From assembly GCA_951406725.2 (NCBI GenBank), contig OX597830.1, forward strand, positions 23,064,001 through 23,128,000: a DNA stretch of 64,000 nucleotides, read 5' to 3'. Below the pieces are notes generated by a model, which did not search any database, was not told the origin of the DNA, and worked only from the letters and a program-made list of their open reading frames with translations. The stretch is from Octopus vulgaris. Taxonomy: Eukaryota. Position 1 is the stretch's first letter. Each line of letters opens with the position of its first letter. Both the position numbers and the translations under genes were made by a program. Positions 51,460-64,000 of the stretch are shown here, piece after piece.

Positions 51460-51571
51460 TTATTTAAAGACTATGAAGGGTTTAGTTCACTGATGATCTA
51501 AACCAACAGGTATGCTGCGTAAGTGCTATAATTGGTCATCCTTAGTAGGCTTCTGAGTCAGCAGGTGTATA

Positions 51572-51745
51572 TTAAAGGAAACGGAAAACAAAACAAGGCA
51601 GGACAAGTATCTCAGGTCATTCAGAATATTTAATTAGAGTAAGGTGAATCATAAGAAGTCTCGTTTTTTGATTCACCTCTAATTAAATATTATAAATGAC
51701 CTGAGATATTTTTCCTGCCTTGGTTTTATTTTACATTTCTTTTAA
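51572..51745. repeat. Fold-back palindrome between (TA)n tracts
   Basis: caaggcaggacaagtatctcaggtcattcagaatatttaattagag...ggtgaatca pairs with tgattcacctctaattaaatattataaatgacctgagatatttttcctgccttg. Confidence 0.85.
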
Positions 51746-51746
51746 G

Positions 51747-51797
<51 letters not shown>

Positions 51798-51929
51798 CAT
51801 ATATATATATATATATACATACATACATACATACACACATACATATATATATATACATACATACACACACATACATATACATACACACGTAATAGATCTA
51901 TCTTCTCTCCATGTTTAAAGCATATTGTG

Positions 51930-52496
51930 CAGGATTGTCCGGAAAGTTTGTGCCCATTTGTAGTAGCTTACCTTTCGACATATTTTAGAACATGGCTGAG
52001 TCCATAAAATAGGATTTGAGTACACCTCCATTTAGAGCACAGTTTAAGCTATCTTTTCGTGGAAGAAGGCTTATGTTCCTATAACCTGTGTTAATTCTGT
52101 AACCCTTTAAAATGGAAGATAAGAAAGTTCATTTTCTGCACTTGATGCTTTGGGAACCAGACAAAAATTGCTGTAGATCGGCTGGGATGTGTTACCTCAC
52201 CCTCCATATTCACCAGATATTGCTCCTTCAGATTTTCACTTATTCAGGTCTCTGCAGAATAGTCTTAATGGTAAAAAATTTCAATTCCTTGGATGACGTA
52301 AAAAGTTACCTTGATGAATTCTTTGCCACGAAACCACCCCGATTCTGGGAAGAGGGTATTTTCAAGTTAAAGGAAAGATGGAGATGCATTGCGCAACAAA
52401 TTGGTTCATATTTGGTTGATTAAAAATGTAATGGCAAGAATTTATTGACCTTCTTCTTTCCTTTAAAAATCGGCACAAACTTTCTGGACAACCCAA
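51930..52496 (+). mobile_element. Internally deleted mariner transposon (transposase pseudogene)
   Basis: TIRs ttgtccggaaagtttgtgcc / ggcacaaactttctggacaa with TA at the right end. The N-terminus MEDKKVHFLHLMLWE is fused to GWDVLPHPPYSPDIAPSDFHLFRSLQNSL...FWEEGIFKLKERWRCIAQQIGSYLVD* (mariner YSPD(L/I)APSD motif) with frameshifts. Confidence 0.92.
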
Positions 52497-52938
52497 TAAA
52501 TACAAGTATTTTTTTAAATAATTCCAACAACAAGAACATGTTCAAGCTATAATGGTAAAAGCATGAATGCCATGAACTTATTTCCTCCAACCAACAGAAA
52601 CATTCCAGATACTTGCTGCAAACATTAATCTAATTTGTGGTGGGAGAGTTTGCATGTAGAGTGATGTAGTAGTGTTGGTGGTGGTTACGGTGGTGGTCGT
52701 GGTTGGAGTAAGAAGTAGTGCTGAAAGAAATGCTTGTGAAACAGTCCTGGGAGTTTGGATAATTAGTCCAAGACTTATGGCAGTCTGGACATTGTGGAAA
52801 CAAATGAGTTATGTTAGAGTGAAGTGGATGTAGGAGGAGTAGAGTGGGAGAGAGAGAGAGGGGGGGGAGGGAGGGAGGGAGAGAGAGGGAGGAATAGAAG
52901 GATATGAGCAAGAAAAAGAGATTGGACAAAGGGGAGGA

Positions 52939-52980
<42 letters not shown>

Positions 52981-53609
52981 ATATGTGTAGGAAAAACAAA
53001 AAAACCATTTTACTTTATTTTATTTCATTCCAGTAGCTTAAATTCAATTTTTCAATTATTCATTCAGAAAATAAATTTTAATATTGGAAAATTGAATTAC
53101 GCTCTTAAGTGGCAGACTAGACTAAATGTCAGACAGTATTAAATATGGTCACTTTGATGTTCGGAGTTCAAAACTCACTAAGGTCAACCTCACCCATTTC
53201 ATCTCTCCATGAACTTATTTTAAAAAAATCTTTTTTAAAATCTGCTACTCACTCTATCAGTCTCTTTTGCCAAGCTGCTAAGTTATGGGGATGTAAACAA
53301 ACCAACGCCAGTTGTTAAGCTGAGTGGTGTGGAAGACAAGCACAAAGACACACAATGTTTGTGTGTGTGTGTGTGTGTACATAGTATATGATGATCTTCT
53401 ATATAGTGTTTAACAACTAGATTCACTTACAAAGGCAGTGATCAGCCTGGGGCTATACTAAAAAAAAAAACACTTGCCCAACCTCCAAGTAAATTTTTAA
53501 CACTTAAGAAAAACAAAAAATAAAAAAAAAAAAGCATCCAAAGTGTATAAAGTTTTGTAAGATTGTATGCAAACACCACACACACACTTCTATGTACAGG
53601 TATGTACTT

Positions 53610-54075
53610 TTATTCTTTTTCTTGTTTCAGTCGTTTTACTGCGGCCATGCTGGAGCACCGCCTTGAAGTCTTTCCGTTGAACAATTCGACCCCAGGACTT
53701 ATTTTAAAGCCTAGTACTTATTCTATCTTTTTTGCCGAACCGCTAAGTTACAGGGGCGTAAACACACCAACAGTAATTGTCAAGTGATGATGGGGGGGGG
53801 GGGGCAAACACAGACACACACACACACACATATATATATATATGCGTGTGTGTATTTGTCTCCCATCACAGCTTGGAAACTGGTGGTGGTTTATGTCCCC
53901 ATGACTTAGCAGTTCGGCATAAGTGATCGATGGAATAAGTACCAGACTTTTTCTTTCGAAAAACTAAAAAAAGAACCAGGGTGGGGATGGAAATATCGTC
54001 AACTAAGAATGCTTCATGGTGGTACCCCAGCATGGCCACAGTACAGTGACTGAAACAAGCGAAAGCAAAGATAAA
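53610..54075. mobile_element. Two SINE family A 3' halves in inverted orientation
   Basis: Minus copy at 53610-53820 and plus copy at 53850-54075 on either side of a (CA)/(TA) tract. Confidence 0.7.
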
Positions 54076-54829
54076 AGCTATACCTCCTCCTTTCTCTCCT
54101 CTCCCCCCACCTCACTACTCCTATTTGTTGAAGTGGGGGGGGGGGAAGGGTTTGTCTACGTTATTAAAATTCATTATTAAAGTCAGCTCCAGTGATTCTG
54201 ACAAAGAGATATTGGTTTGCTAGCAAGAAATGAAGCGAAACAAGGGTTTTTTTTTCTTCTCCTTGAGAAGAGCAACTCTGCAGCTTTACTGCTTGAGTTA
54301 AAACATCGGGATTTTTTGATCAGTGTGGGTACAAGCCATCCGACTATTTCAAGTATCCATTTACAACAAAGGCGGAAAACAGGAAAAAAAACAAAACATC
54401 CAGCAATAAATGTAGCAATAAATCTTGATAATGATCTGCCCATCAAGTACAGGGAACTAATGAAAGAACAAACTGAGAAGATAGGGAAGCAGGGAAGGGC
54501 AAAAAGAGGCGAAAAAAATATTGAAGAATTCTTAACAAAAAAATGTCTTTCTTATATGATGGAGAGATATGGAGAACTAGAGAAGGAGAGACTGAGATTT
54601 GACAGAAAAGGAGAGTGAGAAGCGGAGAGTGAGGGAGAGAGTAAGATTGAGAAAGAGAGATAGTGTAGGAGAGACTGAAAAACAGAGAAGAGTGGAAAAG
54701 AGAGAGGAAGAGAGAGAGGGAAGAGAGAGGGAAAAGGAAATGAAGAAGAACAGTGAAAAGAATAAGTGAGAGTGGGAGGAAGAGGGAAAGGGAGAGAGAG
54801 AAAGAGAAAGTGTAAAGAGGGAAAGAAAG

Positions 54830-55003
54830 GGGTATATATACATATGCACATTATATATATAGATATATATATACATATACACATATATATATATAGATAT
54901 ATATATATACATATACACATTATATATATACATATACACATTATATATACAGATATACATATACACATATATATATATACATATACACATTATATATACA
55001 TAT

Positions 55004-55050
<47 letters not shown>

Positions 55051-55119
55051 ATAAAAGAGGCAAAGATGGGGGGAGAGAGAGAGAGAGAGAGACAGAAAGA
55101 GAAAAGTTAAAAGAGGCAA

Positions 55120-55157
<38 letters not shown>

Positions 55158-55305
55158 TGTGTGTGTGTGTGTGTGTGTGTGAGTATGTGTTTTAATAACA
55201 ATGAACCGACTCAACTCTATCAAAGTAAGGAAACATCTCCCAAACAACACAAACATTACATATGTAAGATAAGATGCTACGGGGGGGGGGGGGGAAGGAG
55301 TAGTG

Positions 55306-55352
<47 letters not shown>

Positions 55353-55720
55353 AGGGGGATTTAGATGAAGTAGCTGAAGATGGCATGGACATAGGATATA
55401 GTGAAGGGGGAGAAGTAGGAGGAGAAGGACGAGAAGCTGGTGGTGGTGGTGGCGATGGACGGTGGAGAGCAGGTGGGAAACGAAATAAGGAAGGGGGGAG
55501 GAGGTGGACGAGAAAGTAAAAAAAAAAGAGGTAGAAACGATAAGAGAGGAAAAAGATGAAGAAAGCGAAAGAGTTGAAAAACACTGGAAGTATATAAAGA
55601 TGAAAGATTAGAGCTAATACTTTGATGGAGTACGCGCGCGCGTGTCTGTGTGTATGCACACACGCACACACATATATATATACACAGGCATATATGTATA
55701 AAAATATGTATGATGTTTAG

Positions 55721-55767
<47 letters not shown>

Positions 55768-55911
55768 ATGTAAAGATACACATACATATACATAGATGTG
55801 TGTGCGTGTATGTATATATATAATATGTATGTATATATATATGTATGTATATATATATGTATGTATATATACGTATGTATATATATGTATGTATATATAT
55901 ATATACGTATG

Positions 55912-55950
<39 letters not shown>

Positions 55951-56190
55951 GTATGTAAATATATATATATGTATATACATATATATATATGTATATATGT
56001 ATGTATGTATGTATGTATGTACATATATATATATATATAGGATCTCAGAGACAGTTTTGATGATGAGAATTATCGTTGTTGGAACTGATGTGCGTGTGTG
56101 TATACACACCCACACGCACTTACACATGTATGTCTAAGTAAATGTGTATATATATATATATGTACATGTGTATGTGTGCATGCATGTGCA
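54830..56190. repeat. Compound microsatellite block (TA, CA, GA, TG, TATG)
   Basis: Direct reading of the sequence. Confidence 0.9.
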
Positions 56191-56780
56191 TATATGTTAG
56201 CAAATGGATCACCGATGGTTTCGTCGAATAATATTCCAGTTGTTGGATCAGCTGCTCTCTTCTATTTATAGAACTATAGCGTAAGTGGTTGAATATTCCA
56301 AAGGCACTCGTACCATTTGTGTAATTCTCAGACAGGATCAGTATGACAAAGTGTATGAATGAACGAAGAAAGCTAACTCATACGCTTTGAACTATAAGTA
56401 AGGCCCCTCTCATAAATTTCCGTCCTGCTAAACCTCAATTAAAAGGTTGGGTTGAAAACGCGTTGACACAAACTTGGTTCAACGACTTGGTTGTGCAAAA
56501 CATAGTTGTGTGGGCTAAGACGTTGCCTTCACAACCACATGGCTTTCGGGTTCAATCACACTGCACGTCACACTGGACAAGTGTGTACTGCCATAACCTC
56601 CAGATTTATGATTTACTGACTATACATACATACATTCATACACACACACACACACACACATATATATATTGGCCTGCTCGCTTAGCCAGCGGGGTAGCGT
56701 ATTTTGAAGCTTAAAACAATGCGAAGCGCATTGTGACCAGCGATGTGTAGCAAAATCTGATAGCCTGGTCGGGCACGGTG

Positions 56781-56813
<33 letters not shown>

Positions 56814-56902
56814 TTCATTCGTTCGTGTGTGTGTACTTTATTTACTGTCCATGTACTAAATAAAAAGTGTGTGTCAATAATTAAAAAAACTCTCTTTTTC
56901 TC

Positions 56903-56960
<58 letters not shown>

Positions 56961-56962
<2 letters not shown>

Positions 56963-57206
56963 ACTTATGAACAAGGGCAACAGGAAAATTATTTCAATGC
57001 CAATATGCTGAGAACAGACTTTAAATCGTCAGTTTCCACATTACAATATACATTCACAGTAAATAAACGTCGTGCTGAAATCGATTTCAGCACGACGTGT
57101 ATTTACTGTGAATGTATATTGTATTGCGGAAACTGACGATTTTAAAGTCTGTTCTCAGCATATTGCGCATTGAAATAATGTTTCTATTGCTCTTGTTTAT
57201 AAGTTG
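56961..57206. repeat. 246-bp fold-back palindrome with a loopless perfect 32-bp centre
   Basis: Centre acgtcgtgctgaaatc|gatttcagcacgacgt (57067-57098); arms extend to caacttat...ataagttg; directly follows (TA)n; each arm contains CTGACGA. Confidence 0.92.
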
Positions 57207-57344
57207 TTTATAATTTTAACCTTTATAAGTATTTTAATATGCTGCCACTTTTGATGGAATTTTTTCTGAAAAAAATTTTTTATCCTATATATATATATGT
57301 ATATGTATATTTGGAATTATAAGGGTATTTAAACATTCTAATAA

Positions 57345-58172
57345 AATATTGTGGAAAATGGAGTAAAGCAAGGAGACCTTGATGCACCCACCCTCTTTGC
57401 AATATACTTTGCTGTTGGGCTGTCAAATGCTTTTCAAAACTCCGAGGAGGGTATTTACATAAAATATCGAACAACAGGGAATGTTTTTAATCTGACCAGA
57501 CTGAAATTCAAAACAAAGGTCTTTACTTCACTCATTAGGGAACTTTTGTACGCTAACGATTGTGATCTTGTCAGTTATTCTGAAACAGGCCTGCAATCTC
57601 TTGTATCTGCATGTGATGATTTTGGGCTGAACATCAACTTGAAAAAAAAAAAAACAGTTGTAATGGATCAACCTGCGTGTGGTGTTGTTTGTAACCCCTC
57701 CCGAAAATTTTTGTTAAGGGAAAGTTACTTGAGGTTGTCGATTCGGTTGTCTACCTTGGAAGCTCTGTTCAAAATGATAGAAATCTTGATACAGAAATAA
57801 AGCTGCAAATTCAAAGGGCAGCAAAAGCATTTGGTGATTTGGAATCATGCGTTTGGCGCCAGCGACATATGCCAGGAAATCTCATAAGTTCTGTCCGATT
57901 TTACCTGTCTTTTGGTGGCCTCAAATTTCATCTGCGAACGCATGGAAAACGAACCTCTACCAACTATTCTGCCTACATGTCTGTGCACACCTTTGAATGC
58001 AGTGTATGCTAGAAGGTTTTCAAATCCAACCGAGGCCTCAAAAGACATTTTAAGATCCACAAAGAGCAGAACTTATCTGCAGCTCTTGGTGGTCCAAATC
58101 GGATGTGCAATCTGTGGGTGGGTGTCTTTTCAGAACATTGTCTGGTTTAAAAAGGCACATCAAATGCCATGA
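57345..58172 (+). mobile_element. RTE/BovB-like LINE remnant: RT motifs plus two degenerate C2H2 fingers
   Basis: ENGVKQGDLDAPTLFAIYF...GIYIKYRTTGNVFNLTRLK.KTKV....IRELLYANDC (YADD-like). Downstream FECSVC*KVFKSNRGLKRHFKIH (57992-58060) and CAICG..(fs)FRTLSGLKRHIKCH (58104-58170). Confidence 0.85.
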
Positions 58173-58954
58173 TGGCGCTAAGGTGGTCAAACTCTGCATA
58201 AGGAATAGAGAACCACCATACACACACACAGCCACACACACACACACACACAGCCACATACACACACACACACACACGCACACGTCTCAGAAAATTAGCT
58301 ACCATGATTATATAACTGTTTTATGAAAAATTATGTAATTCACCTTCACAGTGTTCAGCATGTATGTATGTGTCCGTGTATAATGACATCGCGTAATAGT
58401 CGTAAAGAAGCATCACCATCATACGAGCGATGTCGTTTGCTTCCAATCTTCGATGGAACAAGTTCAGCTATGGGGGAAATGTTGCATTACTTAGGAATAG
58501 GTGAGGGTTAGCTACAGGAAAGGCATCCCGCAGTAGAAGAAATCTGCCTCAACAAATTAAACCCAGCACATGCAGGTTTCGCAAAGTGGATATTAGAATA
58601 ATGCTGCTGCGATGAGTGTGTGTATGTAGACATACTCATACACATTCTCTATATATATATATTATTATTATTATTATATATATAGTATATATATATGTAT
58701 GTGTGTGTATGCATATATATGATGTAATTTCAAACTTGTTTACTTTTGGTCTTACGTTGCTAATTCTTATATAAACATGTCAGAGTATATACACACACAG
58801 ACACACTATGTTAGACACGGAAGCCATATATGTTAAATGCAGGGGGTCGGGTGTATAAAGCCAATTGCTCCTAAGAAGATGGGTTTAAAAATTTGTGCTG
58901 TTGAACAACATCAGTTAATTGTTAATTGACTGAAAGATAGGGAAGAGAACTGAA

Positions 58955-58967
58955 CACCACCACCACC

Positions 58968-59015
<48 letters not shown>

Positions 59016-59078
59016 CCCACCACTACCACCACCAATAATAATAATAACGATAATAATCCCACCACTACCACCACCACC

Positions 59079-59116
<38 letters not shown>

Positions 59117-59144
59117 TAACGATAATAATCCCACCACTACCACC

Positions 59145-59196
<52 letters not shown>

Positions 59197-59221
59197 TAAC
59201 AATAATAATCCCACCACTACC

Positions 59222-59262
<41 letters not shown>

Positions 59263-59291
59263 TAACGATAATAATCCCACCACTACCACCC

Positions 59292-59329
<38 letters not shown>

Positions 59330-59440
59330 CAATAATAATCCCACCACCATCACCATCAATAATAATAATAATAATAATAATAATACCATCACCACCATCA
59401 ATGATAATTATTATTATTACCACCACCACCACCACCACGA
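58955..59440. repeat. Higher-order compound repeat of (AAT)n alternating with cccaccactaccacc
   Basis: About seven cycles of (aat)n-cccaccactacca. Confidence 0.9.
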
Positions 59441-60447
59441 AGAAGAAGAAGAACAATAATTACTCCTGCTACACTATCACCACCCATCACTATCAACAAT
59501 AATAATACTCACTGCCAAGAACAACATCACTGACACGAACATTATTAACAATAATACCACCGCCATCACCACCAACAACAGCTACAATAATCTTCATTGC
59601 AATACCACCACCAGCACTACCTTAATACTAACATCATTAACAGTACCACCACCACCAGCAACACTATATGCCACCGCCACCTCCAAGAACAACGATAACA
59701 ATAAAATATTACTATCACCGCAACTAACACACATCGGTTTTTTGGTACAAGGCCAACAGTTTTCCAGGCGAGGGTGGACCTCAGTTTGCAGCTGGTACTT
59801 GTTTTATCGACTCCTGAAAGGATGAAAGGCAATTGGTAGACCTCAGTGGAATTCAAACCCAGGACGTAAAGACGGACGAAATGCTGCTAAGTTATATAAA
59901 AAAAAAGTAAACAAATTTACCATGAAGCTACAATACGTGCTAGAGCTGGCCGGAGGTAAATAATACGCACACCACCCGTTTTCGGCGCAGCAAAAAGCCG
60001 AACCCCTAATCCTAAACACCGGGTGTGCGCACTCTTTGCTTTCGCCATAGAGCTGATATGATCGACTAAAACCCATAAAAGTGGTGCCCCAGCATGGCCG
60101 CATTTCAATAGCTGAGACCAGTGAAAGGATGATCTATCTCTCTACGCACACACACACACATACAGACACACACGCCCACGCACACACACAAAAGCGCGAG
60201 CACACGCAGAGCCTACAGATGAGATCCGGAGGTATTCAATATGGAACACACTAAGTAGCGCTGAAATTATTAGAACTTAGACTCCGAAATCTTTGCCGAG
60301 GACTGAGGACCAAGTCCGCAGGGTAAAGAGTGGCTACAAGAGGAATCCAGGCGAGCTGACAAGGAGATAACGACGCAAATGAAAAAAATCAACACGCTTA
60401 GGTTAGATGTATAAATTATTCATGTATCTAACGGTCTCATTTAATAA

Positions 60448-60817
60448 GCGTAGGAGTGGCTTTGTGGTACCACATGCTTCCGGGTTCAGTCCCACTGCGT
60501 GGCACCTTGGGTAAGTGTCTTCTACTATAGCCTCGGGCCGACCAAAGCCTTGTGAGTGGATTTGGTAGACGAAAACTGAAAGAAGCCCGTCGTATGTATA
60601 TCTATATGTACGTGTGTTTGGGTGTCTGTATTTGTCCCCCCAACATCGCTTGACAACCGATGCTGGTGTGTTTACGTCCCCGTAACTTAACGGTTCGGCA
60701 AAACAGACCGATAGAATAAAGTACTAGGCTTACAAAGAATAAGTCCTGTGGTCGATTTGCTCGACTTAAGGCGGTACTCCAGCATGGCCACAGTCAAATG
60801 ACTGAAACAAGTAAAAA
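60448..60817 (+). mobile_element. SINE family A, CpG-intact copy
   Basis: Matches family A and retains CpGs (cactgcgtgg, ctcgggccgacc, cccgtcgt, tttacgtccccgt). Confidence 0.85.
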
Positions 60818-60899
60818 GAGAAAGAAAAAAACAAGAGTAACCCAAGCGGTTTTATTTGTTTATACCCATCATATCTCTCTCTCTCTCTCTCTCACACAC

Positions 60900-62096
60900 A
60901 CGGCAGTCCTCAAGAATAGAGCAAACGCTCTCATTTAATATGCGCCATTATACATCACACAGTACATACCCATCACCACAGAAAGTACAATTTACTATTT
61001 AAAGTAGAAGGACCTCACAAAGGCGCATGAAGGATAAACGTGTAGTGGAGATTTTAATAAAGGATGCCTGCACGCGCGCCTGTGTATCATTTTAAGGGCC
61101 CATTACCAAAATTCCTTTGACTAGTTTTACTTACGTTAGCTACAGGTAACCCTACTAACTTTAAAAAGGACATGTTAGGCAGTGTAAGTAAAAGACGTGA
61201 GAGCCACGGCTGAAATGCCTCTAACCATTGCTCTTCTCATTCGGGGTTGACATAGGGTTAAAGAACAACTGAATCTGTAACGACCCCCACCTACAATGGT
61301 TTAATACCTACCACAATCCCATCATAGAAAGTGAACTTTATTACCATGTAGACATGCCCGTCGCTAAGGGGTGTACTTGCCGGCACTATTCAGTGGTGTA
61401 GCCTCAGATATAGAAAATACAGCTTACGAAAATCTTCCTGTAATCCATTTCTTGAAGTCTGACTAACATGCCCGTCGCCAAGGGTTGCACTGGACAGCTC
61501 GGTCCCCGCACTATTCAATGGTGCACCCTCAGATGTAGAAAATACACCTTACGAAAATCTTTCCGCGATGCAAATTAGTGACCACTCAGAATATTCTGAA
61601 ACACTCTCAGGCACCAAAGACTAGTGACAGGCCTGTATTTAGAGGACAGACGGTTCTCATAAGAAGACATTAAGGGTAAACATACGCAGTGGGGAGTAGC
61701 TTAATAAAGGTTTCCTGCATGCGTGCACACGTGCATTTGTGCGCGCGCACATTTATTGTTTTAAGGAACCACTGGCAATCTTTGATTTGAGGACAGGTCA
61801 ATTACTCCAGCTGTAAGCAACCTTACTAACCTTAAAGGGATACGTTAGATACGAGAGGTTCATAGCTGGAATGCTGTTTATAGGTTTACTTATTCGGGGG
61901 TTGGCCTGGGGTTAAACAACGACAACAACAACATCCCTCGATCTATAACACTCTTACTTTAAAATAGTTCTGTACCCATCACATGCAATAGAGTGATCTT
62001 TACCATTTGGAGAAGAGGGCACTCAGAAGTGGACATTAAGGGGAAACGTGTGTAGGGGGGGGGAGAGTTTAATAAGGGGCTGCGTGCGTGTGTGTG

Positions 62097-62127
<31 letters not shown>

Positions 62128-62190
62128 TAGTGTGCGCGCATGTGTACGTCGTTGCAAGGAACAATTCCCAAACTTCCTTTGACTCGGCTC
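60900..62190 (+). repeat. Degenerate tandem segmental repeat (2-3 units) plus an internal ~90-115-bp direct repeat (61352-61438 / 61467-61564)
   Basis: Recurring aa(a)cgtgtagtgg.ga..ttaataaagg..gcctgca.gcg and cattcgggg.ttg.c.t.gggttaaa; catgcccgtcgc.aaggg.tg.act...cctcagat.tagaaaataca.cttacgaaaatctt occurs twice. Confidence 0.65.
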
Positions 62191-63174
62191 TAAGGTTAAT
62201 TATACTAATTATCGTTTATTGATTCAGTTCCGCTCTCTCCAGCATCAGAAAACCACTTTCCTGATCGCATGAGGCTTACGTAATGGAGGAAATGTTAAAA
62301 CAACAATAAAACAACAACAACAACGACAACGCTGACGACGACGACGACGGCGATGATGACGATGACAACGACGACAACATCATCATCAGTGGTGCTCCAG
62401 ACATGTTTCAAACATGGGAACTGGGTCAAGAGTAAGTCGTTGCGTTTCGTTAAGGACGTAAATCTTTGCGATAATGTCATTACAGGAAAATTAAAAATGA
62501 AATAATTAAAGAAAATCACAGCAAGAATATTTTTTTTTTAAAATTTAATGCGCGCGCGTACACACGTAGACACACAGAGGGGGGTCCCAAGTATCGTCGG
62601 TAGGGGTTAAGTTCTCATACGAAAACCTAATACTTAGGGGGCACAGCTGTTGTTGGTAAAAAAAAAAAAGCGAGGTTCCACATTCTGTGCCTCTGAGAAG
62701 GAAAGAGAAAGAAGGAAAAGGAAAGGAAGAACAAAAGGCGGGAAAAGAACAAGAGGCAAAGGAAGAGGAGGAGAGCCGAGAGGAAGAAAAGCAAGAAGAG
62801 AAAAGAGAAGAAAAATAAGGAGGCGGCGACGATGACGGATGATGGCGTAGAAGAATTGGCCGATCAAAGTAAAAAATGAGTCTAAGACTGATCATTTCTC
62901 AGTTACTTGTTTTAGTCGTTAGACTGCGGCCATGCTGGGGCACCGCCTTGATTTTTTTCTGCCAGCTCTTCGCACCTATCTATCTATCTATCCATCCGCC
63001 TGTCCGTCATCTATCATAGCTTAACAGGCCGGAACTTCGAAGTAACTGTCAGCATTATTATTGTTAAAGAATAATAAATCTGTACTCAACGAAGTGTATC
63101 GAGTAATCCTTGAATTTAATGCAAAATTGGTTTTATTATAACAAAAAAAAAAAAAACTGTACGCGTGCGCATAT

Positions 63175-63500
63175 ATCTAATATATAAAATCCGTTCTGTC
63201 TGTCTATCTGTCTGTTTGTGCGCTTATAACTCTAGTGTTGTTCATCCGATCGCACTGAAATTTTAAACATAGATACATGAGGGAGCGAGGCGTTCCGTAA
63301 TCTAAAACGATTTTCAAAATTGTTAGTTTCAAAGTGAGAATCGCTATTTTTGTAATCTTTTTGTCCTGTTTGTTCTGTCATTAAAAACAACGTGTTTGCT
63401 CAGACAGCCGGCACATACCATTTCGCTAGCAACAAGGGGAATACACGATGACAGTCAGCCAAAACCGTCGCTATACTGTCTCTCTTCTTTCCTCTCTCTG
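63175..63500 (+). mobile_element. Helitron-like non-autonomous element, 5' part
   Basis: a|tctaatatataaaa...(tgtc)n...ccgatcgcactgaaattt, typical of invertebrate non-autonomous Helitron 5' ends; a similar start occurs at 34843. Confidence 0.5.
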
Positions 63501-64000
63501 TCTCTCTTATGATGTCCGATTCCACTTTAAGTTATATATATATTGTGTTAAGAATAGTTATCAATCAATTATCCTTACTGAGAAGAACCAGTCAAAAGTA
63601 ACCACCACATACAATCACCAAACATCTCCACTACTTAACACAGTCCAAGTTTGGGGTTAATAATCTTAATCTTTAGTTAGAGTTTCTCATTCAAACTACA
63701 TTATCGGATTAAGACAGTAGGGTGTTTTGAGGGAGATTTGGCTGCTATTTCTACCAGGTCTAGCTATCATGTAGAGGTCTTCTACATACATATTGGTTCA
63801 TACATACATATACACATAAAATCGAAATAAAATACTGAAGCAACGGCCGTCAAATACAAAAGCCAAGGTCCATGCAGTGTCACAGGCCAAATAAATTTCC
63901 AACTTCTTGCCTAATGCGAATCCAGAGCAATTTCTTATATCTTACACTATTTCAGTATTGCGTTTCTATTGTAATGTGAGATAATACTTTCAGTTTGAAA

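Noticed and set aside
52112-52423. Active mariner transposase
   Set aside because: Most of the DNA-binding and catalytic region is deleted and the remainder is frameshifted.
54183-54618. Overlapping ORFs 54217..54618 (+) and 54183..54446 (-)
   Set aside because: No recognisable domain; they contain homopolymer runs and lead into (GA)-rich sequence.
57351-57800. Intact reverse transcriptase gene
   Set aside because: 5'-truncated, the catalytic motif reads YAND, and there are frameshifts and stops downstream.
62634-62867. Minus ORF with basic residues plus a hydrophobic run, resembling the XYLT type-II membrane anchor
   Set aside because: TTG start, derived from a purine/pyrimidine low-complexity tract, runs to a stop with no good donor, and has no XYLT similarity.

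Overview
AT-rich, microsatellite-dense animal genomic DNA. The SINE families and the repeat landscape look most like an octopod (coleoid cephalopod) genome, but that is an inference. Only one protein-coding segment is confidently recognisable: a 259-bp minus-strand internal exon (35981-36239) of a peptide O-xylosyltransferase (XYLT/oxt), so most of the window is probably large introns of that gene. Three weak plus-strand exon candidates (15246-15320, 47344-47400, 49365-49421) may belong to an antisense or nested transcript. The rest is transposon debris: four abundant SINE families, RTE and CR1/L2 LINE fragments, mariner, piggyBac-like, hAT-like and Helitron-like non-autonomous elements, a solo LTR with a 5-bp TSD, a 5S rRNA pseudogene and minisatellites. 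The most interesting signal is a set of unrelated 100-320-bp fold-back palindromes, mostly in or beside (TA)n or (TG)n tracts. Several of them, or their neighbours, carry minimal type-I hammerhead-ribozyme motifs (CTGANGA...GAAAC-short loop-GTH), as expected for Penelope-like element or retrozyme remnants. No CRISPR array or prokaryotic system is present. Nearly all ORFs in the supplied track are microsatellite or repeat artefacts. All alignments were made by eye, and repeat boundaries are approximate.
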